DNA of 64,000 nt, taken from Hyphomicrobiaceae bacterium (GTDB lineage Bacteria > Pseudomonadota > Alphaproteobacteria > Rhizobiales > Hyphomicrobiaceae). Below, in pieces: positions 28,043 through 39,172 of the stretch. The notes below the pieces were generated by a model, which was not told the origin of the DNA, did not search any database, and worked only from the letters and a program-made list of their open reading frames with translations. Both the position numbers and the translations under genes were made by a program. The DNA lies in assembly GCA_039808585.1 (NCBI GenBank), contig JBDHTJ010000002.1, forward strand, positions 1,440 through 65,439, read 5' to 3'. The first letter of the stretch is position 1, and each line of letters begins with the position of its first letter.

Positions 28043-29542
28043 CTAGATCGCGTTGCGATGGACGAACCCGCGCATGGCGGTGAGCGCGAGTATCTTGAAG
28101 TCCATCCACATCGACCAGTTAGCGATATACTCGAGATCCTTGCGCACGCGTTGGCGCATCTTCTCGGGGTCCTCGGTCGGGCCGCGGAAGCCCGAGACCT
28201 GCGCCAGCCCAGTGATACCGGGCTTCACGCGGTGGCGGTTCGCATACCGCTCGACCTGTTCGCCATAGAATTCGTTGTGGGCGATGGCATGCGGACGCGG
28301 GCCGACGAGCGACATCTCGCCCCTCAGCACGTTGATCAGCTGCGGAAGCTCATCGAGACTGGTCTTGCGCAGGAAGCGACCGACACGGGTCACCCGCGGA
28401 TCGTTGGCCTGTGCCTGTGTCACGACAGGACCGTTCTCGGCGACGTTCATAGTCCGGAACTTGTACACGTCGATGACCCGGTAGTTGAGGCCGTGCCGCT
28501 TCTGGCGGAAGAAGATCGGACCTGGACCTTCGAGCCGGATCGCGAGCGCGATCAACGCCAGGAAGGGCGCCGCAAAAGCGAGCAGCAGCCCGCCGACGGC
28601 GTAGTCGAACACGAGCTTGCCGATGTAGCCCCATTTGCGAATAGGCTTGGGCTGGACGTGCAAAAGGTTGGCCGCGCCGACCTGCTCCGTACCGATGATG
28701 GGAATGGTGAGATCCTGGGGATGTATCCAGACGTCGATCGGATAGGCGGAAAGACGACCGATCAGCCTTTCAAGACGCCGGCTTTCGCCGTCACCCGGCA
28801 GCACCACGATCTCATCAACGACTTGCGTCTTGAGGAAGCTTGCGAGTTCACTGTTGGCTCTCGCCACGGGCCCGTTCGGGACATCTGAGGCAGCATAGAC
28901 CCCCAGAAGCTCGACACCCGGCTCCTTGCGCAATTCAAGCGCGAGCCGCAAGCCGGCACTGATGTCACTCTCAACGACGACCGCCATCCGGCGTGTGATG
29001 CGCCCCGTCTTCGCGAGCCACGTGAATGCGTGCGACGCCATCATGCGTAGCGACGTCACGGCAAGGAGTGCGAGCGCATACCAGACGATGAACCAGCCGC
29101 GAGAAAAGTCCGTCGAGATCTTGAGAAGATAAGCCACTGCCAGGAGGAGAAGGAATGAGACGGTGGTAGCGCGCAGCAGGCTGCCGAGCACATTGTCCCA
29201 CTCCAGGATCGCCTTGCGCTCATAAAGCTTCTGCGACCGCAGCATGAACACCGTCAGCACGCCACCCACCGCGCCGGCGAGAAGATAAGATCGGTTCGAT
29301 TGCAGGCCGTCGTTCAGACCGAACTCGATGTAGAGGATCTTTGCAACGAAGGCCGCAACAATGATTGCTGCAAATTCGCAAAGGCCGAGGACGTCGATCA
29401 GCATAGTGCCGTGCGGCAGCCAACGCCGGCTGCGGAGGCTCTTGGTGCCGAGCCCCTTCGCGGGATACTCGACCGGAACCACTGACCTGAGGACTTCCAT
29501 TAGGCGGCCACCTGACGCAAATACTATGTCTATCTGAATCAA
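28043..29542 (-). CDS. undecaprenyl-phosphate hexose-1-phosphate transferase (WbaP/WcaJ/ExoY-type priming enzyme)
   Basis: 499 aa. Several N-terminal TM helices, and the C-terminal bacterial sugar-transferase domain [25 protein letters not shown]...[22 protein letters not shown]. The start could be 29500. Confidence 0.88.
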   Translation of the reverse strand: MIQIDIVFASGGRLMEVLRSVVPVEYPAKGLGTKSLRSRRWLPHGTMLIDVLGLCEFAAIIVAAFVAKILYIEFGLNDGLQSNRSYLLAGAVGGVLTVFMLRSQKLYERKAILEWDNVLGSLLRATTVSFLLLLAVAYLLKISTDFSRGWFIVWYALALLAVTSLRMMASHAFTWLAKTGRITRRMAVVVESDISAGLRLALELRKEPGVELLGVYAASDVPNGPVARANSELASFLKTQVVDEIVVLPGDGESRRLERLIGRLSAYPIDVWIHPQDLTIPIIGTEQVGAANLLHVQPKPIRKWGYIGKLVFDYAVGGLLLAFAAPFLALIALAIRLEGPGPIFFRQKRHGLNYRVIDVYKFRTMNVAENGPVVTQAQANDPRVTRVGRFLRKTSLDELPQLINVLRGEMSLVGPRPHAIAHNEFYGEQVERYANRHRVKPGITGLAQVSGFRGPTEDPEKMRQRVRKDLEYIANWSMWMDFKILALTAMRGFVHRNAI

Positions 29543-29743
29543 CTTTGTGCGCTGCGCAATTACAATGTGGATGTAACATTAATCCCGGGGCGGATCCGCG
29601 ACAATGTTGCTCAGTCAGCTGACAAGCAGCTATCGGACGCATTACCGTGGCAGCAAAGCCGCAGACGCAGCATCCCCGACGTGCAATTGAGCAAATTGCC
29701 CGCGAAATCGATCAGCGTAGCGGAAAGTCCGTAACCCGGACGG

Positions 29744-30622
29744 TCAGATGGAGAGATCGCTGTTGGCGACGGCAATCAGATACCGTCCATAGTCATTCGA
29801 CTTCATGGCCGTGCCGAGATCAATAAGCGCTTCCTTGGTGATGAACCCCATGCGGAAGGCGATCTCCTCGGGGCAGCAGATCCGGTAGCCCTGCCGCTTC
29901 TCCAGTGCGCGGACGAAGTCCGAAGCTTCATTGAGGCTGTCGGGCGTGCCCGTGTCGAGCCAGGCGTAGCCCCGCCCCAGCCGCTCCACGTGCAGATCAC
30001 CCCGCTCCATATATATGCGGTTCAGGTCGGTGATTTCGAGTTCGCCGCGGGGCGACTTCTTGAGGGTCTTGGCATAGCCGGGCGCATCGGAATCGTAGAA
30101 ATAGAGCCCGGTCACGGCCCAATTCGATTTAGGCTTTGCCGGCTTCTCCTCGATCGACACAGCCCTGCCGTTGGGCCCCAGCTCGACCACGCCATAGCGC
30201 TCGGGATCGGTCACGTTGTAGCCGAACACCGTCGCACCCTTCTTTCGCGACGAAGCTGCCTTCAAGGCATCCGGCAGACCGTGACCATAGAAGATGTTGT
30301 CGCCCAGGATCAGCGCCGAGCTTTCCCCCGCCACGAAATCCGCCCCGATGATATAGGCCTGCGCCAGCCCCTCGGGCTCCGGCTGCTCGCGGTAGGTGAA
30401 AGACATGCCCCACTTGCCACCGCAGCCCAGCAACCGCTTGAAATTGGGCAGGTCCTCAGGCGTGGAGATGATCAGAACGTCCTTGATCCCAGCCAACATC
30501 AAGGTCGACAACGGATAATAGATCATCGGCTTGTCGTAGACCGGCAGCAGCTGCTTGGACGTCACCAGCGTCATCGGGTAGAGCCGCGTGCCACGGCCTC
30601 CCGCCAATATGATCCCCTTCAT
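29744..30622 (-). CDS. rfbA: glucose-1-phosphate thymidylyltransferase
   Basis: ATG at 30622. [46 protein letters not shown] is nearly canonical RmlA. Confidence 0.93.
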   Translation of the reverse strand: MKGIILAGGRGTRLYPMTLVTSKQLLPVYDKPMIYYPLSTLMLAGIKDVLIISTPEDLPNFKRLLGCGGKWGMSFTYREQPEPEGLAQAYIIGADFVAGESSALILGDNIFYGHGLPDALKAASSRKKGATVFGYNVTDPERYGVVELGPNGRAVSIEEKPAKPKSNWAVTGLYFYDSDAPGYAKTLKKSPRGELEITDLNRIYMERGDLHVERLGRGYAWLDTGTPDSLNEASDFVRALEKRQGYRICCPEEIAFRMGFITKEALIDLGTAMKSNDYGRYLIAVANSDLSI

Positions 30623-30635
30623 TGCCGCCGCTCCC

Positions 30636-31535
30636 TCAACCCGCTTGCTGCGCTGCCATAATGGCCTCGACGCAGGCCTCAGCGCCAACGTCCCATGCGG
30701 GCAACCTTAATCCAAAGTTGTTGGCGAGCTTGCTGCAGTCTAGCCGCGAGTTGGCAGGGCGGCGGGTGCGCGTCGGGAATTCGGCGGTGGTGATCGGCTT
30801 CACCCGCACGGGACGCAGGCCGCGCTGCTCGGCAAGGCGGAAGATCTCGGCGGCAAATCCCCACCAAGTGGTCTCCCCGCTGCCGGCGCAATGATAGGTG
30901 CCCCAGAGGGGCGAGGCATCCCCCTCGCTTGCCACCTTCACCGCGATGTCGAGGCAGACTTGCGCCAGGTGCGGTGCGTACGTCGGACAGCCATGCTGAT
31001 CGGCAACGACGGAGACCTCTTCGCGGGTGGCACCAAGTGAGAGCATCGTTTTGACGAAGTTTTTGCCCCACGGGCTGTGCACCCATGCCGTCCGCAGGAT
31101 GACGTGGCGCGCCAGCGCCGCCGCCACCTTCCGCTCGCCCTCGAGCTTGGAGGCCCCGTAACTGCCGATGGGAGCTGGCGTATCGTCCTCCCGATAGGGC
31201 CTGTCGAGCGTGCCGTCGAATACGTAGTCAGTGGAAACGTGGATGAGCGGGACATGGCTTGTGGCACAAAGCTCGGCCAGATGACCAGGGCCAAGGGCGT
31301 TTGCAGCCATCGCCAGCTCGGTCTCGACCTCAGCATTGTCGACGGCCGTGTAGGCGGCTGCATTGATGACCAGGTCCGGGGCATGCCGCTGCAACGCCGC
31401 CTGGAGGCTCGCTCGCTGCGTGAGATCAGCCTGCTGATGCCCAGCGCACACGACCGAGAGCGCGGATCGTTCCCCGGCAGCCTGCGCCAGCGAACGTGCC
31501 AGTTGCCCCTCGCGGCCGATGACCAATATCCGCAT
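30636..31535 (-). CDS. rfbD: dTDP-4-dehydrorhamnose reductase
   Basis: ATG at 31535. [16 protein letters not shown]...[14 protein letters not shown]...[10 protein letters not shown]...YGASKLEGE. The longer ORF to 32015 overlaps rfbB and is rejected. Confidence 0.9.
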   Translation of the reverse strand: MRILVIGREGQLARSLAQAAGERSALSVVCAGHQQADLTQRASLQAALQRHAPDLVINAAAYTAVDNAEVETELAMAANALGPGHLAELCATSHVPLIHVSTDYVFDGTLDRPYREDDTPAPIGSYGASKLEGERKVAAALARHVILRTAWVHSPWGKNFVKTMLSLGATREEVSVVADQHGCPTYAPHLAQVCLDIAVKVASEGDASPLWGTYHCAGSGETTWWGFAAEIFRLAEQRGLRPVRVKPITTAEFPTRTRRPANSRLDCSKLANNFGLRLPAWDVGAEACVEAIMAAQQAG

Positions 31536-31539
31536 GGGG

Positions 31540-32628
31540 CTATTGCGCTGCCGCGGTCTGGGCTGGGGCTGCAGGCGAAGGGGCAAGCAGCCCGAGGCGC
31601 TCACCCGCATAGGTCTTGGCTCGGATCGGCCCCCACCAGCCCTCGTTGGCGAGATACCACTGAACAGTCTTGCGCAACCCGGTGTCGAAGTTCTCCTGCG
31701 CCTGCCACCCGAGTTCCGTCTCGAGCTTCGTGGCGTCGATGGCATAGCGTGCATCGTGGCCGGGCCGGTCTGCCACGAAGGTGATGAGTGAGCGGCAAGG
31801 GCGTGCAGCGGGTCGCATCTCGTCGAGCACGTCGCAAATGGCCTGCACCACCTCGATGTTGCGGCGCTCGTTGCGGCCGCCGACATTGTAGGTCTCCCCC
31901 ACGCGCCCCTTGCGTACGATGGTCCACAGCGCCCGGGCGTGATCTTCCACGTACAGCCAGTCGCGGACGTTTGCCCCCGTGCCGTAGACCGGCAGCGGCT
32001 TGCCCTCGAGCGCATTGAGGATCACCAGCGGGATCAGCTTCTCGGGGAAGTGATAAGGTCCGTAGTTGTTGGAGCAGTTGGAGATCAGCGTCGGCAGCCC
32101 GAAGGTGCGCTGCCAGGCCGTGGCGAGATGGTCGCTCGCGGCCTTGGAGGCCGAATAGGGCGAGCTCGGATCATACGGCGTATCCTCGCGAAACAGACCC
32201 GTATCCCCCAGCGAGCCGTAGACCTCATCGGTGGAGACGTGCAGGAAGCGGAAGGCCGCCTTCGCCGCTTCTGGCAGTCCGGTCCAATAGCCCCGTGCCG
32301 CCTCCAGCAGCGTATAGGTGCCGATGATGTTGGTCTTGATGAACACGTCCGAGCCGGTGATGGACCGATCGACATGGCTTTCAGCGGCAAGATGCATCAC
32401 CGCATCGGGACGGAACTCGGCAAATGCCTTGTCCATGGCGGCTCGATCGGCGATGTCCGCCTTGAGGAAGTGATAGTTCGGCAAGTGGCTGACAGGGGTC
32501 AGCGACTGCAGGTTCGCGGCATAGGTCAGCTTGTCGACGTTGAGCACCTCGACGCCCACCTCGCCAACGAGGTAGCGCACCAGCGCCGACCCGATGAACC
32601 CCGCTCCGCCAGTGACGATCACGCGCAT
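31540..32628 (-). CDS. rfbB: dTDP-glucose 4,6-dehydratase
   Basis: [20 protein letters not shown]...[11 protein letters not shown]...STDEVYG...[10 protein letters not shown]: the RmlB SDR signature. Confidence 0.93.
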   Translation of the reverse strand: MRVIVTGGAGFIGSALVRYLVGEVGVEVLNVDKLTYAANLQSLTPVSHLPNYHFLKADIADRAAMDKAFAEFRPDAVMHLAAESHVDRSITGSDVFIKTNIIGTYTLLEAARGYWTGLPEAAKAAFRFLHVSTDEVYGSLGDTGLFREDTPYDPSSPYSASKAASDHLATAWQRTFGLPTLISNCSNNYGPYHFPEKLIPLVILNALEGKPLPVYGTGANVRDWLYVEDHARALWTIVRKGRVGETYNVGGRNERRNIEVVQAICDVLDEMRPAARPCRSLITFVADRPGHDARYAIDATKLETELGWQAQENFDTGLRKTVQWYLANEGWWGPIRAKTYAGERLGLLAPSPAAPAQTAAAQ

Positions 32629-32644
32629 GGGACAAATCCTGCTC

Positions 32645-33226
32645 TTAAACCGCGGAAAATTGCGACACGAATTCGTTCATAAGCGGCAATGCCTTGTCCT
32701 TTTCGGACAGGATCAGATCAACCGCCGGAATAGGCCATTCTATGCCGAGCGACGGGTCATCCCAGCGGATGCCGCCTTCGTCGCGCGGAGAGTAAAGCTC
32801 CGTCACCTTGTAGATTACCTCTGTGTCCGGCTCGAGCGTGCAGTAGCCATGGGCAAAACCTTTGGGAATCCATAGCTGTAGCCAGTTCTCGGCGCTGAGC
32901 ACAACGCCCGCATGGCGCCCATAGGTCGGCGACCCGACCCTCAGGTCCACAATCACGTCGTAAATCGAGCCACGCGCAACCCGCACCAGTTTGTCCTGCG
33001 CCTTCGGCGGGTTCTGGAAGTGCAGCCCACGGAGCACCCCTTGTGCCCGGGAGCAGGCGTGGTTGTCTTGCACGAAGGTTGCCGCGATCCCAGCATCTGC
33101 GAACGCCCGACTGTTGTAAGTCTCTGAGAAGAAACCGCGCTGGTCCCGGAAGATCGGTGTTCGGATCAGCTGTGCGTCGTGAAACGGCGCGAGCGGTTGA
33201 ACCTCAAGCATAGCGGGAGCCTGCAT
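32645..33226 (-). CDS. rfbC: dTDP-4-dehydrorhamnose 3,5-epimerase
   Basis: [13 protein letters not shown]...[19 protein letters not shown]...[18 protein letters not shown]...VPKGFAHGY: the RmlC cupin signature. The start may be the internal MLEVQ. Confidence 0.92.
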   Translation of the reverse strand: MQAPAMLEVQPLAPFHDAQLIRTPIFRDQRGFFSETYNSRAFADAGIAATFVQDNHACSRAQGVLRGLHFQNPPKAQDKLVRVARGSIYDVIVDLRVGSPTYGRHAGVVLSAENWLQLWIPKGFAHGYCTLEPDTEVIYKVTELYSPRDEGGIRWDDPSLGIEWPIPAVDLILSEKDKALPLMNEFVSQFSAV

Positions 33227-33573
33227 CCTAGGGGCGGGTTTCGGATACCGCGGAATTGCGGTCGCGGCACCACCCTTACGTCTTCAAGTTGTTCAAATAC
33301 AGTGCTTTCTGCAGAGAGGGTAACCGGCACGAAACTTGATAGTCGAGCGGGCAAAGGCCACCACTGTCCCAAAGCGAGACAAAGCACCATGTCCCTCCCC
33401 TTTCACAGGCGATCTTGCTCCGCATTTGGAGCACCCGGCAGCCCGCCACCTGCTGGAGACGGGGAGCTTAACCATTCCTTAATTGTTGCACTTGCTGTCC
33501 CATCGGTGCTCGTATATTTAATGAGCTGATAAAGGTAAGTTCTTCCTTTCCCAGAAAAACGCGCGAGGCTCTC

Positions 33574-35022
33574 GTGTCCAGTTTCACCCACAAGCGGCTA
33601 GCAGCGGCTATGATGGCAGTTTGCTGCGGCGGGGCCTATCTCCTGGTCGCCGGCACCCAGCAGGCCGCCGGTTCGCGCACCGGTCCTCTCGCCTTCGAGT
33701 TCGGCCCGAACGACCAATCCTATCGCGTTCTGGCAAATGCGCAGCGCCGTGCAGCGGGCGTTCGCGTGGCCGCCCAAGTCGATGGCAATCCTCTCGTTCT
33801 GACGGACGCGCTGCCGGAACGTGCCCCTGAGAAGCCGGCCGACCCTACCACGGGCGCATCCCGCACGAAGCTCTCCGGCGTTGAGCGCATCCGGCTCCGC
33901 GTGTGGGGCAATCCCGATTTCAACGGCGAGTATGGGATCGACCCTGACCTTACCTTGTCGATGCCCGGTCTCGGACGCCTCGACGTGGGCAACCTTACCC
34001 TCTCCGATCTCGAGCACCTCATTTCCGACCGCCTGTCATCTTCGTTGCGGCGGGATACGCGCGTCTCGGTCGAAGTTGTAAGGGCGCGCCCCTTCTTCAT
34101 CATGGGGCAGATCAGTCGTCCGGGCGCAGTGGAATGGCGTCCTGGCCTCACCCTCGTCCAGGCTCTTGCACTCGCCGGTGGCGTGACCCGCCCCGGGCTT
34201 GCGGAACAAGACACCTCCGCACGCGCCCTGCTGAGCTTCTCCCTCACCCAGCTCAGCCGCCTCAAGGCCGAGAAGGAGGATGTCGCAAATACGGATCCGC
34301 AGGCTCCGATCCGCGTCACCGCTGATCCGGCCGTTGACGGCGCCCATTTGCGGCCCGAACTTGCACGCTTCAATCAGAGCATCATTCGCGACGAACAGCG
34401 TGCTGTGTTCCAGTCGCGCATTGTGAACCTGCAGAACGAGCATCGCTCAGCGCTTCGTGAGATCGAAACGGCCCGTGCTCAGTTCGCCACAATGGACGAG
34501 CAGCGGTCGCTCACGCGCCAGGCCACGAAAGATCTCGAATACCTGAAGGAGAAGCAGCTGGTCGCCAATCGCGTCTACCTTACCCAGCGCGCGGAACTTT
34601 CCTCCATTGAATCGCGCACGCTTGAAATCAACATGGCACTCGAGCGCGCGACTTCGCGGGCAGAGGGCCTCGAGCGGCAGATCGCTCTGGCGAAGCAGGA
34701 GCGTATGGCGCTTCTCAGCGAGCGCATCGAGACCCTCGAAAAGGAAGTCGTCAACCTGCGCGCCCGGGCTGGCCTCGAGGATGGCTCCGCTCCGACTGCG
34801 CGCAAGTCGATCGAGTTCTACGTTGCCCGCAACGTCGATGGCGATCTCGACGTGGCGCCGGTCACCGTCTTCGGCGAGATCCGCCCCGGCGACGTTGTGA
34901 TCGTGCTGGCCCGCAATCCGGGCGAGCGGATCGACGTGTCCAAGAACGCAATGATGCAGTACGTGCTCGAAGCGTCCGCGCAAATGCCGCAGCGGGGCGG
35001 GGGCGATGCGAGCGCCCGCTGA
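33574..35022 (+). CDS. polysaccharide export protein (Poly_export/Wza-ExoF-like domain) with long coiled-coil and SLBB-like C-terminus
   Basis: GTG start at 33574. GEYGIDPDLTLSMPGLGRLDVGNLTLSDLEHLISDRL...VSVEVVRARPFFIMGQISRPGAVEWRPGLTLVQALALAGG is the Poly_export pattern. About 230 aa of heptad-like Q/E/R/L-rich sequence follow, then ...FGEIRPGDVVIV. Confidence 0.75.
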   Translation: MSSFTHKRLAAAMMAVCCGGAYLLVAGTQQAAGSRTGPLAFEFGPNDQSYRVLANAQRRAAGVRVAAQVDGNPLVLTDALPERAPEKPADPTTGASRTKLSGVERIRLRVWGNPDFNGEYGIDPDLTLSMPGLGRLDVGNLTLSDLEHLISDRLSSSLRRDTRVSVEVVRARPFFIMGQISRPGAVEWRPGLTLVQALALAGGVTRPGLAEQDTSARALLSFSLTQLSRLKAEKEDVANTDPQAPIRVTADPAVDGAHLRPELARFNQSIIRDEQRAVFQSRIVNLQNEHRSALREIETARAQFATMDEQRSLTRQATKDLEYLKEKQLVANRVYLTQRAELSSIESRTLEINMALERATSRAEGLERQIALAKQERMALLSERIETLEKEVVNLRARAGLEDGSAPTARKSIEFYVARNVDGDLDVAPVTVFGEIRPGDVVIVLARNPGERIDVSKNAMMQYVLEASAQMPQRGGGDASAR

Positions 35023-35052
35023 ATTGCCGGCTGGATGAACACGGTGGTCTCG

Positions 35053-35085
35053 AAGGCGATGCGCGGCAAGCGCATCGCCTTTTTC
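35053..35085 (+). terminator. rho-independent terminator after the export gene
   Basis: AAGGCGATGCGC-GGCAA-GCGCATCGCCTT followed by TTTC: a perfect 12-bp stem, 31 nt after the stop. Confidence 0.65.
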
Positions 35086-35447
35086 ATTGCCTGCATGCGA
35101 ATAGCCGCACAGACACCGCTTTTACGGGCTTGAACAACCCGCAACAAACGTCAAGCTACGACGATCAAGCAGAAGTCTTCGGCCATCGCAAAGACTGTGC
35201 TGAGGCCGGCAAAGCCGGCTTTCAAACAATTGCTGTGAGTACTCTCTGAGGCCGGCTCTTGCACCACGTCAGCCGCAAGTCGCCATGCGGAACCGAGACC
35301 CTTACCCTTCCAGGACAAATTGGGCACTGTCCACTCGCAATGGACCGCCGCGCCTCACTACGAGATGCGGTACTCTATCAGCTGTTCCCGTTCTGAGCGG
35401 CTTCTCCGTAAACCGCGCCCACCAGTGGGCACCGCCGTGAACCGGCA

Positions 35448-36836
35448 TCAGGTGAAGGCATGGATGAGCGCCGCAAGGCCTAGTCCCGCAATGTAGCCTG
35501 GAATCCAAAAGCCCAACGTGAGCGCCTCATATCGCCAATCGATGACGTCCTGACCTCGCGCCAAGAACGCGGCGACCGGCAATTGCACCAAGCCCACGAT
35601 GCCCACAGCGATGACAGTGCCATGGAAGCCGAACAGATAGTAGGACGTCGGGAACAGAACGATTCCGAGCACGAGCCGCGTCAGGTTCATCCACAAGAGA
35701 TACCGCGTACGGCCCAAGGCGATGAAAACATAGCTGAAGAGGCTGTATCTCGTCGCGACAAGCGTCAAAGCAAGGATCTCCGCAACCGGCCCAACCTGGG
35801 CGTACCGGTCGTCGAAGATCACATCGACTATGGCAGAGCCGGAAGCATAGAAACCGCCAGCACTCGCCATCAACCCGAAGTCGAAGGGCAAGCGCATTCT
35901 ATAGAACTTCTCTCGCAGCCCAGCGCGGTCGGTTCGCGCGACCTCGCTCAAGGCTGCAGTGCCGAACATTGAAAAGATCCGCGTCAACGCGGTATCAAGA
36001 GCGCCGATGAGGTTCTGTCCGATGGTGAAAATTCCGAGTGCAGTCGGCGCCATCAGCCAACCAAACATCAACTTGTCGATATTGTTGCTGAGCACCGTGC
36101 AGACGGAGGAGCCGAGGATCCAGATTCCAAAGGCCATGATCTTCTTTGAGGCCCCTGCGTCGATCTGGAATCGCGCGCGCTTGCCAGGGATGAAGAGATA
36201 GCTTGCCACACACTGCAGCACTGCCACCGACACCCCCCCCGCCACCAGCGCCCAGATCGAATGCGTCAACCAGGCCAGGACGCACATGAATACCGCCGAG
36301 AGCACCTGAATGACGATGTCGACGATCATCACGCGCCGCGTATTGAGATCGCGCTCAAGTCTCCATGGCTTATTTGAATAAAGGCCCCCGAACAGAGCGC
36401 TGAGCGAACTCACCGCCAACACCAACGGCAATTGTGGAGATGCATACGTCGAGCTTGCCGGCAGCAGCGCAAGCGTTCCTGCCATCCAAAGCGCACCCGC
36501 AATGAGAATGCCAACAGCGCAGAGAATCGCACCGCGAATGACTTGCAGAGACCACGCAGTGTTGAAAAGGGTCTCGAATTCTTCGTCTTCACTTCGAACA
36601 ACCGCTTCCCGGAACCCGAGATCCGACACCAGCTGCAGGATTGCCTGGAACATGTGCACGATGGCCATGATCCCGAACATCTCGGGCGCCAGGAAACGCG
36701 TCAGGAGAAGGTTGCTGCCAAACCGCAGGAATTGCGTTGAGAATGCCCAGAGTGCCGCCCACAACGCGGTCCTTCGCACCCGCCCCCACAAGGGTTCAGC
36801 TGGTTGCGCGCGCTCGGCAATCGCATTTGATGTCAC
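35448..36836 (-). CDS. Wzx-type oligosaccharide flippase (polysaccharide biosynthesis protein, PST family)
   Basis: 462 aa, about 12 TM helices. N-terminal ...ALWAFSTQFLRFGSNLLLTRFLAPEMFGIMAIV...SDLGF is typical of Wzx/RfbX proteins. Confidence 0.8.
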   Translation of the reverse strand: MTSNAIAERAQPAEPLWGRVRRTALWAALWAFSTQFLRFGSNLLLTRFLAPEMFGIMAIVHMFQAILQLVSDLGFREAVVRSEDEEFETLFNTAWSLQVIRGAILCAVGILIAGALWMAGTLALLPASSTYASPQLPLVLAVSSLSALFGGLYSNKPWRLERDLNTRRVMIVDIVIQVLSAVFMCVLAWLTHSIWALVAGGVSVAVLQCVASYLFIPGKRARFQIDAGASKKIMAFGIWILGSSVCTVLSNNIDKLMFGWLMAPTALGIFTIGQNLIGALDTALTRIFSMFGTAALSEVARTDRAGLREKFYRMRLPFDFGLMASAGGFYASGSAIVDVIFDDRYAQVGPVAEILALTLVATRYSLFSYVFIALGRTRYLLWMNLTRLVLGIVLFPTSYYLFGFHGTVIAVGIVGLVQLPVAAFLARGQDVIDWRYEALTLGFWIPGYIAGLGLAALIHAFT

Positions 36837-36985
36837 CGTTCAGAATCCCTAGTTCGAACGTTGAACCCCAGGCCAATCGCTAGATCGATCGGCTATCGGT
36901 CCGACTGGATCTGCACGCCGCTTCGAGCCGACCAGAAGTGCGCGACGCGCTAACTTGGAAGTCGGCAAAAGCACATGCAGGTCCT

Positions 36986-38023
36986 TCATTTGTACTCGAT
37001 TAGTGCCCGTTTGTTCGATGTAACAGTGTCTAAAGCAAACGAGAGCACCCCAATCGCTTCCGGCACCTTCCCCAAGACCGTGAAAACTGCATAAAGGCCC
37101 GCCGAAGACAGCCGTTTCCTCTCGTGCATCCAGATGCGCACGCCTTGCATTGCATAGATTAGGCCCGGGGCCAGCCCAATAGGTCCAAAGAGCAGCGTCA
37201 AAAGCATCATAAGCATCGGTAATGCGGCACCCCACAACAGCGCGCGCAGTGTTTCGCGCACCCAGTGGCGGGAGGGTCCTTGGCCGTGAATCCAAGCGCC
37301 TTGTGCATAGGCATATCCAGTGCGGACGGTGCGTCTCCACCACTGGCCAAAGCGATGCATGTCCGCATCATGCAACGTCATGGGCGCGTCGAGACATACA
37401 ATCTTCCAACCGGCCCCGCGCAATCGTACTGCCAGTTCTGGCTCCTCTCCTGCGATGAGGTCGTCGCGATAACCCTCGACCCTGCGGAGAGCCTCGACCC
37501 GCACGAGCGCATCACCGCCGAAATACTTCACTTCCCCAGGCGGTGAGGCCCACGACATGTCGCAGAGCTTGTTGTAGATGGTGGCATCCGCAAACCTTTC
37601 CTTGCGCCTGCCGAAGACCACCGCGACATCGTTGTGGCTTTCCAGATAGGCAACCGCGGTTGCCAGCCAGTCCGGATCTAGTGCGCAGTCCCCGTCGATG
37701 AATTGCACGTAGTGCGTTCCGGGATGCTTCGCCAACACCTGGCGCCACCCTGTATTGCGTGCGCGGGCGGCGGTGAATGCACGCGACATGTCGAGTTCGA
37801 TCGGAATGCCGCCGGCCTTCCTGCAGGCCTCGACCGAACCATCGGTGGAACCCGAGTCGACATAAAAAACCCGAGAGGAACTCGCGAGTGCCGACTGGAG
37901 TGCAGCAACCAGCCGCGCGCCTTCGTTTCGACCAATCGCAACGATGGCTAGTTTGTCATCAGCATCGCACTGCAATGCTCCGCTCTGCGGCTTTGAAAGA
38001 CAACGGGCCGACGGCTGCATCAA
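36986..38023 (-). CDS. glycosyltransferase family 2 with C-terminal TM helices
   Basis: LAIVAIGRNEGARL...VFYVDSGSTDGS...FIDGDCALD (DxD) and the GT-A fold pattern. Hydrophobic C-terminal region. Confidence 0.85.
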   Translation of the reverse strand: MMQPSARCLSKPQSGALQCDADDKLAIVAIGRNEGARLVAALQSALASSSRVFYVDSGSTDGSVEACRKAGGIPIELDMSRAFTAARARNTGWRQVLAKHPGTHYVQFIDGDCALDPDWLATAVAYLESHNDVAVVFGRRKERFADATIYNKLCDMSWASPPGEVKYFGGDALVRVEALRRVEGYRDDLIAGEEPELAVRLRGAGWKIVCLDAPMTLHDADMHRFGQWWRRTVRTGYAYAQGAWIHGQGPSRHWVRETLRALLWGAALPMLMMLLTLLFGPIGLAPGLIYAMQGVRIWMHERKRLSSAGLYAVFTVLGKVPEAIGVLSFALDTVTSNKRALIEYK

Positions 38024-38026
38024 GCC

Positions 38027-39136
38027 TCACGGAGCAATGCGCGCAACAACCGGCAGACCGGAAGCGGCTTCGAACTGCGCTGTTAGAAATAGACGACGGT
38101 TCACCAACTCCCGCATGCCCGCCATCGCCAGGGCCGCAAGCACGCTGAGGAGTATCGCCGCAATCGCCAGCTTCTTCGCAGAACGCGTTCCATAGATCGG
38201 ATCTTGAGGGCGGCCGACCAGCAGCAGGTTCTCAGGCGAGTCAAAAATGCCGATGTAATTCGCTTGATTTGGCCGGAAGTTCCGCTTCAGGTCCGCAGCA
38301 TTTGCACTCGCTATATGATATTCTGCATAGAGCAACTCGAGTTGGTTGGCGACCTTTTGGTCCTCACTCAGCTCGGCCCGGAGGTTGCGCAGATTTCTGG
38401 CAAGCGATTCCGAATTGGCCGAACCCGCGGCGTAGGAAGACTCGTTGTTGATCATCTGAAGTTTGAGGTCGTTGATCTGCTTCAGAATGTTGCGCACCTT
38501 GTCCGTGTCCGGGATGCCCGCCCTGAGAAGTCCGCGCCCGAGCGCACTGTCGGCCGCCGCAAGCGCCTCTTTGCGCTGCAACTCCACGAACTGCATCGAA
38601 TTGAGAATCCCCTTCTCCGGCCGTGTCAGACCCTCCATCAACCTTTCCACGATCAATTCCAGCTTCGAGGCCAGGCCACGCGGCTTGCTTCCCTCGAGCC
38701 GCATTTCGATTGCCGAGCCTCCCACCAGCTCCATCGTCAGGCTGGAGCGAAGGATCTTTGTCTGAACCTCGATCCCCTCTGGCGTCGCGATGCTAGCAGG
38801 ATCGACCAGACGCGGCAGGAGATTGCCGACCACCTCGTCGCTCTTGAGCCAGGCATCGAGAGCGGCGATCTGATCCAGCACCGCTTGCCGGCTGACGTTC
38901 GCAGCGCTCTGCAAGCCCGCACCCACCGGACGGTTTGCAGACTGAATCAGGATCAGGGCTTTCGTCGTGTAGGTCGTAGGCGACAGCTTCACCACGGCGA
39001 GGGCGACCACGATTGTGATCAGCACCGGGTAGAGCAAATAGCGCCATTGCCGCTCGATCACGCCAAGCCCATAGACAAGCATCTCGCGTGCTTTGTCCGC
39101 ACCCGATTGAGGCTGCAATTCGAGAGAATAGGCCAT
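38027..39136 (-). CDS. Wzz/PCP-like polysaccharide chain-length determinant domain protein (no kinase domain)
   Basis: 369 aa. N-terminal TM (LLYPVLITIVVALAVV) followed by KLSPTTYTTKALILIQS (Wzz motif region), a coiled-coil periplasmic segment, and a C-terminal TM (LAIAAILLSVLAALAMAG). Confidence 0.7.
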   Translation of the reverse strand: MAYSLELQPQSGADKAREMLVYGLGVIERQWRYLLYPVLITIVVALAVVKLSPTTYTTKALILIQSANRPVGAGLQSAANVSRQAVLDQIAALDAWLKSDEVVGNLLPRLVDPASIATPEGIEVQTKILRSSLTMELVGGSAIEMRLEGSKPRGLASKLELIVERLMEGLTRPEKGILNSMQFVELQRKEALAAADSALGRGLLRAGIPDTDKVRNILKQINDLKLQMINNESSYAAGSANSESLARNLRNLRAELSEDQKVANQLELLYAEYHIASANAADLKRNFRPNQANYIGIFDSPENLLLVGRPQDPIYGTRSAKKLAIAAILLSVLAALAMAGMRELVNRRLFLTAQFEAASGLPVVARIAP

Positions 39137-39172
39137 GGTTTCTCTTCTGCCGAGTAGGTTTCGCGCCTGCGT

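Noticed and set aside
31536-32015. 160-codon extension of the rfbD ORF (track start 32015)
   Set aside because: It lies entirely inside rfbB in another frame. RmlD similarity begins at MRILVIG (31535).
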